Program-made: the position numbers and the translations under genes
Shown: in pieces, positions 49,324-61,500 of the stretch
How positions within the stretch are numbered: position 1 is the first letter of the stretch
Layout: each line of letters opens with the position of its first letter
Assembly (NCBI GenBank): GCA_963816145.1
Contig: CAWFJP010000017.1
Location: forward strand, 224,001-288,000
Reading direction: 5' to 3'
DNA: 64,000 nt
Source: an uncultured delta proteobacterium
GTDB lineage: Bacteria > Desulfobacterota > Binatia > UBA9968
Notes under the pieces: model-generated
Told to the model about the DNA's origin: nothing
Seen by the model: only the letters and a program-made list of their open reading frames with translations
The model's database searches: none

Positions 49324-52300
49324 ATGAAGAACGTCGAGGACTACTACCCGCTTTCACCCATGCAACAGGGGATGCTTTTTCATAGTCGAAGCCGCCCCTC
49401 CTCCGGGATGTACCACGAGCAGGTAAGCTCTTCGTTGCACGGACTACTTGATGTTGCGGCATTCCGTCGTGCCTGGCAGCAAGTTTTTGGGAGACATCCA
49501 GCTCTGCGGACGAGCTTTGCTTGGCAAGATCTGGATGAGCCGGTCCAGGTTGTGCACCGGGAAGTCACGCTATCGTGGAATCAGCAGGATTGGCGCGGAC
49601 TTTCTCGGGAGCAACAAGCCGAGCGGTTCGCTGCCTATCTTCAAATGGATAGAGAGCAGGCCTTTGATCTCCATCATCCTCCCTTGACGCGTTTGGTTCT
49701 TATGCGGATGGCTGACGATGTGCACAAGTTCTTGTGGAGCTATCACCACGCGCTTCTCGACGGATGGTCCGCGTCTTTAGTGCTGAAGGAAGTCTACGGT
49801 CTTTATGAGGCGTTTTGCCAGGGACGGCACATCGATATTGAGCCGGCGCGTCCTTTTAGGGACTACATGAAGTGGTTAAAGCAACAGGACTTTCGTGAGG
49901 CCAAGCATTTTTGGCGCGCCGAGCTCAAGGGCTTCACGACTCCTACGCCACTCCCGGCAGGCCAAATGCATGGCATGCTGGCGGATTACGGAAAGGATTA
50001 TGACGCGCTGACAACTAAGTTGTCAGCGGCTACCACGGGGTTGTTGCAAAGCTTCGTCCGCCAGCACCATTTGACCTTGAACACTATTGTTCAAGGAGCA
50101 TGGGCTCTACTGTTAAGTCGCTATAGCGGTGAGGAAGACGTCGTTTTTGGAGCCACGACTGCGGGTCGTCCGGCGACGCTCGAAATGGTCGAATCAATGG
50201 TCGGCGTTTTTATCAACTCCGTTCCCGTTCGAGTCCAGGTGTCCGCTTCGGATCTATTGCTTCCTTGGCTCAAGGAGATCCAAAGACGCTTCGCTGACCT
50301 GCGACAGTACGAATATGCGCCACTTGTCCAAATACAGGGATGGAGCGAAGTTAACCGCGGATTATTTGAGAGTCTAGTAATATTTGAAAACTTTCCGACG
50401 AGCGGTCTTGCCCACGACAAAGACCAAAGTTTGAAGATCAGAGATAGTCTTTATCGTACGCGCATCAATTACCCGCTTGCGCTGATGGTCGTGCCGGAGC
50501 AAGAGATGTCTTTGCGGATCATGTACGATTGCAAACGCTTCGACGTCGGTGCAATCAGCCGCTTGTCGGATCACTGCTTGAAACTATTGGAAGGGATGGT
50601 TGCTGGTCCGGATCGGCGGCTTTGTGAGTTCCCGATATTGACCGAAGCGGAGCAGCGGCAACTCTTAGTGGAGTGGAACGACACAGCGAGAGATTATCCT
50701 AGAGTTGAGTCTGTTCACAAACTTATTGAAGCTCAGGTACAGCGCAGTCCGGACGCTGTTGCAGTGGTTTTTGCGGGTAAGGAATTGACCTATCGCGAGC
50801 TCAATCAGCGAAGCAACCAATTGGCTCATCGCCTGATAAAACTAGGAGTCGAGCCCGATGTGTTGGTCGGGATTTGCGCGGACCGATCGATGGAGATGGT
50901 AGTCGGATTGTTGGGGGTTTTGAAGGCAGGTGGCGCCTATGTGCCGTTGGATCCCGGCTATCCCAAGGAGCGACTGGCGTTCATGTTGCAGGATGCGCAA
51001 GTGCCGGTTTTGCTCACGCAGGCGCATCTGCTGAAGGGCCTGCCCGAGCACCGGGCGCATGTGCTCTGCTTGGATCGCGATTGGGAGATGCTCACCGGAG
51101 AGAGCACCGAGAACCCGGCGGCGACTGTGAACGGCGAGAACCTGTCCTACGTCATTTACACCTCGGGCTCCACCGGCCAGCCCAAGGGAGCAATGAACAC
51201 GCACAAGGGGATCTGCAACCGACTGCTTTGGATGCAGGAGATGTATCGCTTGACGGAAGCGGATCGCGTGTTGCAGAAGACCCCTTTTAGTTTTGACGTG
51301 TCAGTTTGGGAGTTTTTTTGGCCGTTGCTGGCAGGAGCTCGTTTGGTTGTCGCCTGTCCGGAAGGGCATAAGGACAGCGCCTATTTGGTTAAAGTAATTA
51401 CCGAGCAGAAGGTCACTACACTGCACTTTGTCCCGTCGATGTTGCAGGTGTTTCTCGATGAGCCGGGTCTGGAAAATTGCAGTTCTCTAAAGCGAGTTAT
51501 TTGTAGCGGAGAAGCGCTGACAGTGGCGTTGCAAGAGCTGTTCTTCGCGAAATGTCACGCGGAGTTGCACAACCTCTACGGTCCGACCGAGGCGTCTGTG
51601 GACGTGACTTACTGGGCGTGTGAACGAGATAGCTCTTGGCCCACCGTGCCGATCGGCCGTCCGATCTCGAATACTCAAATCTATATACTGGACTCCCACT
51701 TACAAGCAGTGCCGATCGGTGTTGCTGGTGAGCTTCACATTGGCGGTATTGGTTTAGCCCGAGGTTATCTCAACCGGCCGGAACTAACCGATGCGAAGTT
51801 TCTTCCTGATCCGTTCAGTACCGAGCCGGAAGCTCGTATCTATAAGACAGGAGACTTAGCCCGTTATCTCCCCAACGGCAACATTGAATATCTGGGCCGC
51901 TTAGACCATCAGGTAAAGATTCGCGGTTTCCGCATCGAGTTGGGGGAGATCGAGTCCGTGTTGTCTCGTCACCCGAGCGTAAAAGAGACTGTGGTCCTGG
52001 CGCGGGAAGATACCCCCGGCGAAAAGCACCTTGTCGCTTATGTTGTTCCCGCACACGAGTCAACGCCGACCCCGAACGAGCTGCGGGAGTTTCTCCGACA
52101 CAAGCTGCCCGACTACATGGTTCCGTCAGCGTTTGTTCACCTGGAGTCCTTGCCTCTCTCGCCCAACGGCAAAGTGGATCGCAAAGCACTTCCGCCTCAT
52201 GATCCAATCGCGTCGATTGTTAAGGAGGTTTTCCTCCCACCTCGCACCCTTACGGAGAAAACCCTTGCAAAGGCCTGGTCCGAAGTCTTGAAGGTGGAGC

Positions 52301-52572
52301 ACATAGGGATCCACGACCACTTCTTTGATTTAGGGGGGCATTCGCTGTTGCTTGCGCAAGTCGAGCGCAAATTACGGGGAAGTTTTGACAGGGAACTATC
52401 ACTGGTCGATCTGTTTGAGCACCCGACTATCGCTACTCTGGCCCAGCACATCAATCGAGAACAGGCAGGGGATTTCTGCACCGAGCAAGGAGAGGATACG
52501 AATGTTCAGCGCCTGGACGGGAAAAGCCGCATCGCAGAGCTGCATCGAAGGAGACTAAATAGCGCAGGTTGA
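49324..52572 (+). CDS. NRPS module C-A-PCP, predicted serine-activating
   Basis: C domain HHALLDG; A-domain code read by eye as DVWHISLVDK (Ser-type); PCP LGGHSL. Confidence 0.93.
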   Translation: MKNVEDYYPLSPMQQGMLFHSRSRPSSGMYHEQVSSSLHGLLDVAAFRRAWQQVFGRHPALRTSFAWQDLDEPVQVVHREVTLSWNQQDWRGLSREQQAERFAAYLQMDREQAFDLHHPPLTRLVLMRMADDVHKFLWSYHHALLDGWSASLVLKEVYGLYEAFCQGRHIDIEPARPFRDYMKWLKQQDFREAKHFWRAELKGFTTPTPLPAGQMHGMLADYGKDYDALTTKLSAATTGLLQSFVRQHHLTLNTIVQGAWALLLSRYSGEEDVVFGATTAGRPATLEMVESMVGVFINSVPVRVQVSASDLLLPWLKEIQRRFADLRQYEYAPLVQIQGWSEVNRGLFESLVIFENFPTSGLAHDKDQSLKIRDSLYRTRINYPLALMVVPEQEMSLRIMYDCKRFDVGAISRLSDHCLKLLEGMVAGPDRRLCEFPILTEAEQRQLLVEWNDTARDYPRVESVHKLIEAQVQRSPDAVAVVFAGKELTYRELNQRSNQLAHRLIKLGVEPDVLVGICADRSMEMVVGLLGVLKAGGAYVPLDPGYPKERLAFMLQDAQVPVLLTQAHLLKGLPEHRAHVLCLDRDWEMLTGESTENPAATVNGENLSYVIYTSGSTGQPKGAMNTHKGICNRLLWMQEMYRLTEADRVLQKTPFSFDVSVWEFFWPLLAGARLVVACPEGHKDSAYLVKVITEQKVTTLHFVPSMLQVFLDEPGLENCSSLKRVICSGEALTVALQELFFAKCHAELHNLYGPTEASVDVTYWACERDSSWPTVPIGRPISNTQIYILDSHLQAVPIGVAGELHIGGIGLARGYLNRPELTDAKFLPDPFSTEPEARIYKTGDLARYLPNGNIEYLGRLDHQVKIRGFRIELGEIESVLSRHPSVKETVVLAREDTPGEKHLVAYVVPAHESTPTPNELREFLRHKLPDYMVPSAFVHLESLPLSPNGKVDRKALPPHDPIASIVKEVFLPPRTLTEKTLAKAWSEVLKVEHIGIHDHFFDLGGHSLLLAQVERKLRGSFDRELSLVDLFEHPTIATLAQHINREQAGDFCTEQGEDTNVQRLDGKSRIAELHRRRLNSAG

Positions 52573-52592
52573 CCGCGAGGAGGCAAACCCAG

Positions 52593-55500
52593 GTGAAAAA
52601 TCCAACAAGCAAAAACCATCAAAACGGTATTGAGATTGCCATTATCGGTATGGCGGCACGCTTTCCTGGAGCGGCCAATGTCAAGCAGTTTTGGCGGAAT
52701 CTCCATGATGGCGTCGAGTCTCTTACGCTCTTTTCTGATGCCGAATTGCGATCCTCGGGAGTAGACCCCGCGCTGATCGCCAATCCCGACTACGTCAAAG
52801 CCAAGCCAATACTTGAAGACACGGATTCATTCGACGCGGCTTTTTTTGGCTTCAACCCCAAGGAAGCCGAAATCATGGATCCGCAGCACCGAATTTTTCT
52901 AGAATGCGCCTGGGAGGCGCTCGAAAACGCTGGTTATGATTCGGAAAAGTACAAGGGATTGATAGGGGTGTATGCCGGCGCCAGTATGAACAGCTACCTT
53001 TTGAATCTTGTTGCGAATCACTCTTCCAAAGGGCCTCCCGACTATTACCAAATGCTCGTCGGTAACGAAAAGGATTTCCTCCCCACTCGGGTTTCCTACA
53101 AGCTCAATCTTAAGGGACCGAGCCTCAACGTTCAAAGCGCATGCTCCACTTCGCTGGTTGCTGTGCACTTGGCTTGCCAAGGTCTTCTCAGCGGGGAGTG
53201 CGACATGGTCTTAGCCGGCGGTGTCTCGATCCAAGTGCCGCAAAGAGACGGGTACCTTTACCAGGAGGGTATGATTCGTTCTCCCGATGGTCGTTGCCGC
53301 GCCTTCGATGCCAGAGCGCAGGGCACGAACTTCGGCGAAGGCGTTGGCGTTGTTGTTCTCAAGCGGCTCGCAGACGCGGAATCCGACGGAGATCACATCG
53401 AGGCGGTGATCAAAGGTTCCGCCATCAACAATGATGGCGCATACAAGGTTGGCTACGCAGCGCCAAGTGTTGACGGCCAAGCGAAGGTGATCAGGGCCGC
53501 TCAGTCCGTTGCAGAGGTCGAACCTGACACATTGAGTTATATTGAAGCCCATGGGACCGGAACTGAAATCGGTGATCCGATCGAGATTGCCGCGCTAACA
53601 AAGGCCTTTCGTGCCAGCACCCAGAGGAAGAATTTTTGCGCCGTCGGTTCAGTTAAAACTAATTTCGGACACCTCGATGCGGCAGCTGGTATCGCGGGGT
53701 TGATCAAGACCGCTTTAGCCTTGAAGCACAAATTGCTGCCCGCAAGCATTCATTTTGAGCGGCCTAATGCGAAGATTGATTTCGACAACAGTCCATTCTA
53801 CGTCAACGCTAAGCTCGCGCAATGGCCATCGGGTCCGACCCCTCGACGCGCTGGCGTAAGCTCGTTTGGTATTGGCGGAACCAATGCCCATGTTATTCTG
53901 GAAGAGGGCCCTATTGCGGAAGCCTCCGGGCCCGCACGACCCTGGCAGTTGCTCGTGCTGTCAGCCAAAACGACCACAGCATTAGAAGCTGCGGCGAGAA
54001 ACCTCGCTACACATTTAAGGGACCATCCTGATTTCACGCTCGCTGATGTTGCATACACGTTGCAGGTTGGCCGGCGGCGGTTCGGGCATCGCCGAGCCGT
54101 CGTTTGCCGCGATGCGAGAAACGCAGTCGACATGTTGGAATCGTCCGATCCCAAGCTCGTCATGACGGTTCACAGTGAACAGGAAGACCGGCCGGTGGCG
54201 TTCATGTTTCCGGGACAAGGTGCCCAGTATGTAAACATGGCTGTGTCTCTGTATCGCGAAGAAGCGATTTTCCGGAAGACTGTCGACGAGTGCGCGCAAG
54301 CGCTTGTCCCGCATCTAGAAGTCGATGTGCGCGAGATTCTCTTTCCCGAGCCGGCCCAAACGGCCGCGGCGGAACGCAAGATCACGGAGACCTACATCAC
54401 TCAACCGACTCTATTTGTCATTGAATATGCGCTAGCTCAGTTGTGGCTGAATTGGGGCATTAGGCCGCGGGCGGTAATCGGTCACAGCCTCGGAGAATAT
54501 GTGGCTGCCTGTCTCGCCGGCGTGATGACCCGGGACGACGCCCTGTCCCTTCTGGCGGGACGGGCGCGGCTCATGCAACAACTCCCTCCTGGCGGCATGC
54601 TCGCCGTGCGTCTGGCTGCAAAGGACTTGAAGTCGCTTCTTGACGCACGCTTGTCGATTGCAGCGGTGAACACTACTGCCCTGACAGTGATTTCGGGGCC
54701 TTACGAAGCGCTCGAGTGCCTAGAGCTTGAACTCGCGGAACGAGGTGTCGGGTATCGCCGGTTGCCGACATCCCATGCGTTTCACTCCGACATGATGAAT
54801 CCGGTACTCGAGCCGTTCGCGAAACTAACGGAAAAGATCAGGCTTAGACCGCCGCAAATTGGTTGGGTTTCCTGTCTGACCGGGGATTGGATTACAGAGT
54901 CGCAAGCCATCGATCCGACTTACTGGGTGCGCCAATTGCGAGAAACGGTGCGCTTTACCGAGGGCGTGGGGAAACTTCTCAAGGATCATCAATCGGCGCT
55001 GCTTGAGGTCGGCCCTGGTACTAGTTTAGCAAACTTCGCCAAGCAGCACCCCGACAGGACCAAGGAGCATGTAGTTCTTTCCTCCTCAAGCTCGGCTCGA
55101 GAAGCGGGTCTCGACATCGAATCGATGCTCCACTCGCTCGGCGGGCTCTGGCTGGCCGGGGCCGCAGTGGATTGGCAACAAGTGCATGGTGGCGAACCGC
55201 GCCGCAGGCTACCCCTACCGACCTATCCGTTCGAACGGCAGCGTTATTGGATCGATACCCCGACCACCGCCGATCATGAACCCGAAAATGCGGCCTCCGC
55301 GGCCGATAACGGAGATCTATCAAACCACCGCGACATCGAGATCGAAACGGGAGTATCCGTCATGAAGTCTAATCTAGCCGAATCCGCCTCATCGGGGCAG
55401 CAGATTGAGTTGCAATCCAGGCTGCGCGCAGTTCTCTCCGAACTTTCAGGTATCGAAGCTGCCGCACTGGACAGCTCCGCGAATTTTGCGGAACTGGGAT

Positions 55501-58500
55501 TCGATTCCCTGTTTCTGACGCAGGCCAGTGGTGCGATCCAGCGGTCCTTCAACGTTAAAGTATCGTTTCTCCAGTTGCTCGAAGATCTCTCAACCATCGA
55601 AGCTCTTGCGGCTCACTTGGATCGCGTCATGCCACGTGAGCAAAAAGCAGAGACCGAAAGCCTTATTGTTGCGTCGCAGCCAACGACACAAAAACCGCCT
55701 GCGGAGCCACTTGCCGCCGCGCAGAATTTGTGTGCCACGAGCAACGGATTGCCGACAGATGGACTTGGGCGGGGCTCTGATGCGTTGGAACGAATCCTGA
55801 ACCGGCACCTTGATCTCATGTCGCGTCAGTTAGACCTGCTGCGAAATGGCTCCCGATCCATCGATGGAATATCGTTCTCGCTGGAAGAAATGTCCAGAGT
55901 GAATGGCCACTCGGAGTCAGTACCGGTTGCCGGTCGGGCTCCCGCCATTCCGGTTTCGCCCGCCGTGGCGGGCCGGTCGCAGCTGCTGGAGCGAACCGAC
56001 TCGACAGCATTCGGTCCTTACAGCGCGATAAAAAAACACGCGCAAGAGGCTCTCGCTCCGCGCCAGCAAGAAAACCTCGATAGCTTTATCTCGCGGTACA
56101 CAAAGCGGACTCAGGAATCGAAGCGGTATACGCAAACCCACCGGGCTCATCTAGCCGATCCACGATCGGTCGCTGGTTTCCGTTCACTGTGGAAGGAGTT
56201 GACCTATCCGATTGTCGTTGCACGCTCTTCGGGATGCAAACTTTGGGATTTGGACGGCAACGAATATGTCGACTTGGTGAACGGTTTCGGCTCGAGTCTG
56301 TTCGGCTATGCTCCTCAATTTGTGACCGAAGCGATCGAAGCACAACTGAAGACAGGCATGGAAATCGGTCCTCAGTCGCTTCTGGCGGGCAAAGTTGCTG
56401 AGCTAGTATGCGAAATGACTGGCATGGAGCGCGCCGCATTCTGCAACACGGGCTCCGAAGCCGTCCTGGCGGCGTTGCGCGTTGCTAGGACCGTGACCGG
56501 ACGAGATAAGATTGCCCTTTTCTCAGGCTCCTATCACGGCATCTTCGACGAAGTCCTGGTGCGATCGGTGGCCGGCGGCAGGGAAGCGCGCTCAATGCCG
56601 ATTGCGCCAGGAATCGTCGAGAGCATGGTTAAGAACGTGCTTGTGTTAGATTACGGCAACCCAGAGTCACTGAGAATTCTGAAGGAGCGCTGTGATGAAA
56701 TCGCCGCCGTGTTGGTGGAACCGGTTCAGAGTCGCCGGCCAGAATTGCAGCCAACGGAATTTCTGCACGAGCTTCGTGACCTGACAAAGGCTTCGGGCAT
56801 CGCGCTTATCTTCGACGAAATGATTACCGGGTTTCGCAGTCACCCAGGAGGCGTGCAGACTCTGTTTGGCGTGAAGGCGGATTTGGCGACATACGGAAAA
56901 GTGATCGGTGGCGGACTACCGATTGGCGTCGTCGCTGGTACTGCAGCATTCATGGACGCACTCGACGGCGGGACGTGGAGCTACGGGGATGCGTCGTTTC
57001 CCACCGTCGACGTTACTTTTTTTGCCGGAACGTTCGTGCGCCATCCGTTAGCGCTGGCAGCTGCCCGTGCGGTCCTGGATCATCTCAAGCGAAGCGGTCC
57101 GACCCTTCAGGCCGGCTTGAATGCTAAGACCGCCGAGCTGGTAAAATCCTTGAATGCCTATATTGAGGAACTCGGCGCGCCCATGCGAGTCACGCATTTT
57201 AGCTCATGGCTGAGCATCCATTTCACCGAAAATCTTCCACTGACGAGCCTGTTCTTCGCCTTCATGAGAGCAAAGGGAGTGCACCTATTGGAAGGGCGCC
57301 CCTGCTTCCTGACGACCGCGCATACAGACGAGGATCTAGAGCACGTGGTAGGGGCCTTCAGGGAAAGCGTCTCAGAAATGCAGGAAGCCGGATTTTTGCC
57401 TGCGCCGCAAAATGCACGGCAACAGTCCGTCTCTCGTCAGGTGGCTGAAATTTCCTCATGCAAAGATCCTGAATACGTTCCGTTGTCCTTCACCCAGCAG
57501 CAAATATGGTTCCTGGAACAATTAATGCCTGGAAGCGCGGTTTATAATCTTGCCATCGGCTATCGTTTCAAAGGGTCGCTCAGTGTGCCAGCTCTAGAAG
57601 CTGGTTTGAATGAAATCGTTCGACGTCACAAATCGTTACGGACCACAATCTCCGTGATCGATGAAGTGCCAGTGCAAGTGATTGCGCCGTCAATAAAAAT
57701 CTCTCTGCCCACGCATGATTTGACGACGGTTCCTCAATTCGAACGTGAAGCACGGGCGATGCAGATAGCTTCTGAAGAGGCGCGCGATCCGTTCAATTTA
57801 GTCGAAGGCCCGCTAATGCGCTCGACCGTGTTGAAATTGAGCGAGAACGAGTACGTTCTTCTAGTTACCTGTCATCATCTTATCACTGATGGATTGTCGC
57901 AGGACGTTTTCTTAAGGGAGTTGGCCCATCTCTATGGAACGTTCTCTACTGGAAACCCTTCGCTTCTTCCTGAAATTTCATTCCAATATGCCGACTTCGT
58001 TCGTTGCCAGGAGGAGAAGCTGCGCGGAGATGTGCTGGAGCAGCGGTTGTTATATTGGAAGAGTCAGCTTGAGGGGCTCCCAGAACTGCTCGCTTTGCCG
58101 ACCGATAGGCGGCGACCGGCCGTTCGGACCTATCACGGTGCCACTCAATCGAAGGTGGTATCCAAGGAGCTTACCAAGAAGCTGAAGACTCTCAGCCGGA
58201 ACGAACGGGTTACGCTGTATATGACGTTGCTGGCGGCCTTCAAGGTACTATTATGCCGCTTAACAGGGCAGGCAGACATGGTAGTCGGTTCACCCATCGC
58301 GGGCCGCGATCAAGTAGAAGTTGAGGGGCTAATCGGGCTGTTCGTCAACACCATGATATTGCGCACAGACCTGTCAGGCGATCCGACCTTTCGCGAATTG
58401 CTGCAAAGGGTGAGGGAATCAACACTCGGGGCCTACCGCAACCAGGAAGTGCCATTTGACAAGTTGATGGGAGAACTTAAGTCAGAACGGCATCTCAGTC

Positions 58501-61500
58501 ACAATACCCTGTTCCAAGTGATGTTTGTTCACGAGAAAGCCGACTCTGAGCAGTCACTCAAATTTCCTGGCCTTGATTTCCGTGTGTTTGTCATTGAGAC
58601 AGGGACGAGCATGTTTGACTTAACCCTCTCTATAATGGAGAGCCCTGAAAGTCTGAACTGCTCTTTTACGTATAACACGGACTTGTTTGATGACACTACT
58701 ATCACGCGAATCATGGACCACTTCCAAACCGTGTTGGAAGGTATCGTCGCCAACCCTGGGGAGCGGTTCTCGGCGCTGCCGCTTTTGAAACAGGCCGAGC
58801 GGCAACGGCTCGTGGTGCAGTGGAACGACACCAGGATTGAGTACCCTCAGGACAAATTCATTCACCAACTATTCGAGGAACAGGCAAAGCGCAGGCCGAA
58901 TGGAGTCGGAGTGCTGTTTGAAGGGCAGCGGCTCACGTACCAAGAACTCGATTTACGAGCCAATCGGCTGGCCCACTATCTCGGAAAACGGGGCGTTGGT
59001 CCGGAGGTGTTGGTGGGGATCTGCATGGAGCGCTCGTTGGAGATGATTGTGGCGCTTCTCGGGGTTCTCAAAGCGGGCGCAGCATATGTGCCTCTGGACC
59101 CTCACTATCCAAAAGAACGGCTGGCGTTTATGTTAGAAGACGCGGGCGCTTCGGTGCTCATTACTCGGAGTAGTCTGGTGTCGCAGTTACCCGGGGTTAA
59201 CGTCGACGGGCGACCGACGATGGACAAGGATAATCAACACCGCTCTGCGGCCATCGGTGGACCGTATTCCATGGTTTATCTGGACACGGACTGGAACGCC
59301 ATTATTCAAGAGAGTGGGGAGAATCCCGCGGTAGCGGTGGATGCGGAAAATCTGGCCTATGTGATCTACACGTCAGGTTCCACGGGGAGGCCTAAAAGAG
59401 TAGGGGTCACGCATCGGTCACTAGCTAACTATGCCCAGTTTGCCTCGGAGATGTTCGAAATCAGTAATAGCGATCGGGTTCTGCAATTCGCCTCGCTCAG
59501 CTTCGATACCTCGACGGAAGAGATTTTCCCATGCCTGATAAAAGGAGCGACGCTGGTCCTGCGATCGGATGCCATGATCGATAGCGCCGCATCATTTTTG
59601 CGGCATTGCAGCGAGTGGCATGTCAATGTGCTGGATCTACCGACGGCTTACTGGCATGAGTTGACCGACGGAATGGTTCTTGAGGGATTGGCGCTCCCGG
59701 GTTGTGTGCGCTTGGTGATCATCGGTGGTGAACGAGCGGCACCAAAGCAGTTGATGAATTGGCGTCATGCCGTCCGCGACCATGCGCGACTATTGAACAC
59801 CTATGGTCCGACTGAGGCGACGGTGGCCGCAACGGTATGGGAGTTGAGCGTAACCGATTCCGAAGATGAGTCTTTGAGAGAAGTTCCCATTGGCCGGCCG
59901 GTGGCGAACACGCAAATTTACATTCTCGATTCCCATCTCGAACCAGTGCCGATCGGGGTTGCAGGAGACCTTTATATCGGTGGAGCGGGTCTGGCCAGGG
60001 GCTATTTGAACCACCCGAATCAGACGGCGGAAAAGTTTATTCCCAATCCGTTCGGCGAACGGGTGGGCGAGCGATTGTACTGCACGGGCGATCTGGCGCG
60101 TTATCTCGGTGACGGTAATATCGAGTTTCTTGGGCGGAGCGATCGTCAAGTTAAGGTGCGGGGATACCGTATCGAGTTAGGAGAGATAGAAGCCGTGCTT
60201 GGCCGCCACTCACAGGTGCGCCAAGCGGTCGTCTTGTTGCGGCAAGACGCTCCCGGTGATCATTCGACTTCAGTCGGGGTAAATAAACGGCTGGTCGCCT
60301 ATATTGTGGCTGCGCAACCCCCCGCCCCTTCTACGAGCGATTTGCGGAGCTTTCTCCAAGCGACGCTGCCCGACTACATGATTCCGTCGGTTTTCGTATT
60401 TTTGGATTCTTTGCCGATCACATCGAGCGGCAAAGTCGACCATCAGATGCTGCCTGAGCCTGATCAAAGTGGACCCGATCTCGAAGGCAACTTCATCACG
60501 GCGCGCAACCCTGTAGAGGAGGTGCTGGCGACGATTTGGGCCAACATCTTGGGCATTGGGCGAGTAGGGATTTACGACAATTTCTTCGACCTCGGTGGCC
60601 ATTCTCTTTTGGCCACCCAGGTTATCTCACGCATCCGCAAAGTATTCGGCGTGGAAATTCCTTTGCGCAGCTTGTTTGAGAGTCCCTCGGTGGCCGCATT
60701 GGCGGCACGGATCGACGAGGCTCTTCGTCACCAGCAGGGGTTGCAAACCGTTCCAATTCTACCGATGCCACGAGAAGGCGATCTTGAGCTTTCCTTTGCC
60801 CAACAGCGGCTTTGGTTTTTGGACCGGTTCGACCCCCATAGCTCGGTATACAACATACGGAGCGGATTGCGTTTAAGGGGTCCGCTCGATGTCGCCGCAT
60901 TGGAACGAAGCTTAAACGAGATCATATGCCGGCATGAAACGTTGCGCAGCACGTTCAAGGATATCCGCGGAGTACCCCGGCAAACCATCGAGCAATCGGG
61001 ATCTTTGAGTTTGCCTGTAATCGATCTTTCGGATCGACCAGAGGGCTGTCGGGAAAGCGAAGCCGGGCGGCTGGCCGAGGAGGAAGGCCGACTTCCGTTC
61101 GATCTCACTTCGGATCTGATGTTGCGCGGCAAAGTGCTGCGTCTGGGCGAACGAGATCATATTTTGCTTTTGACCTTGCATCATATAGCCGCGGACGGCT
61201 GGTCGATGGGCATTTTGTTCCGCGAGATTTCGGCATTATATGAAGCCTTTACAACCGGCAAACCATCGTCGCTTGCCGAAGTGACAATTCAGTATGCAGA
61301 CTTCGCCCATTGGCAAAGGCAGTGGCTTCAAGGCGAAATGCTGCAAACTCAGCTTTCCTATTGGAAAGCAAAACTTGAGAATTTGCCCGTCTTAGATTTG
61401 CCTACTGATTATTCCCGGCCGGCCGTGCAGGGCTACCGAGGCGCTAGCGAGTCGGTAACCATTAGCGGGACGACAGTCAGTGCTCTTCGAGAGCTGAGCC

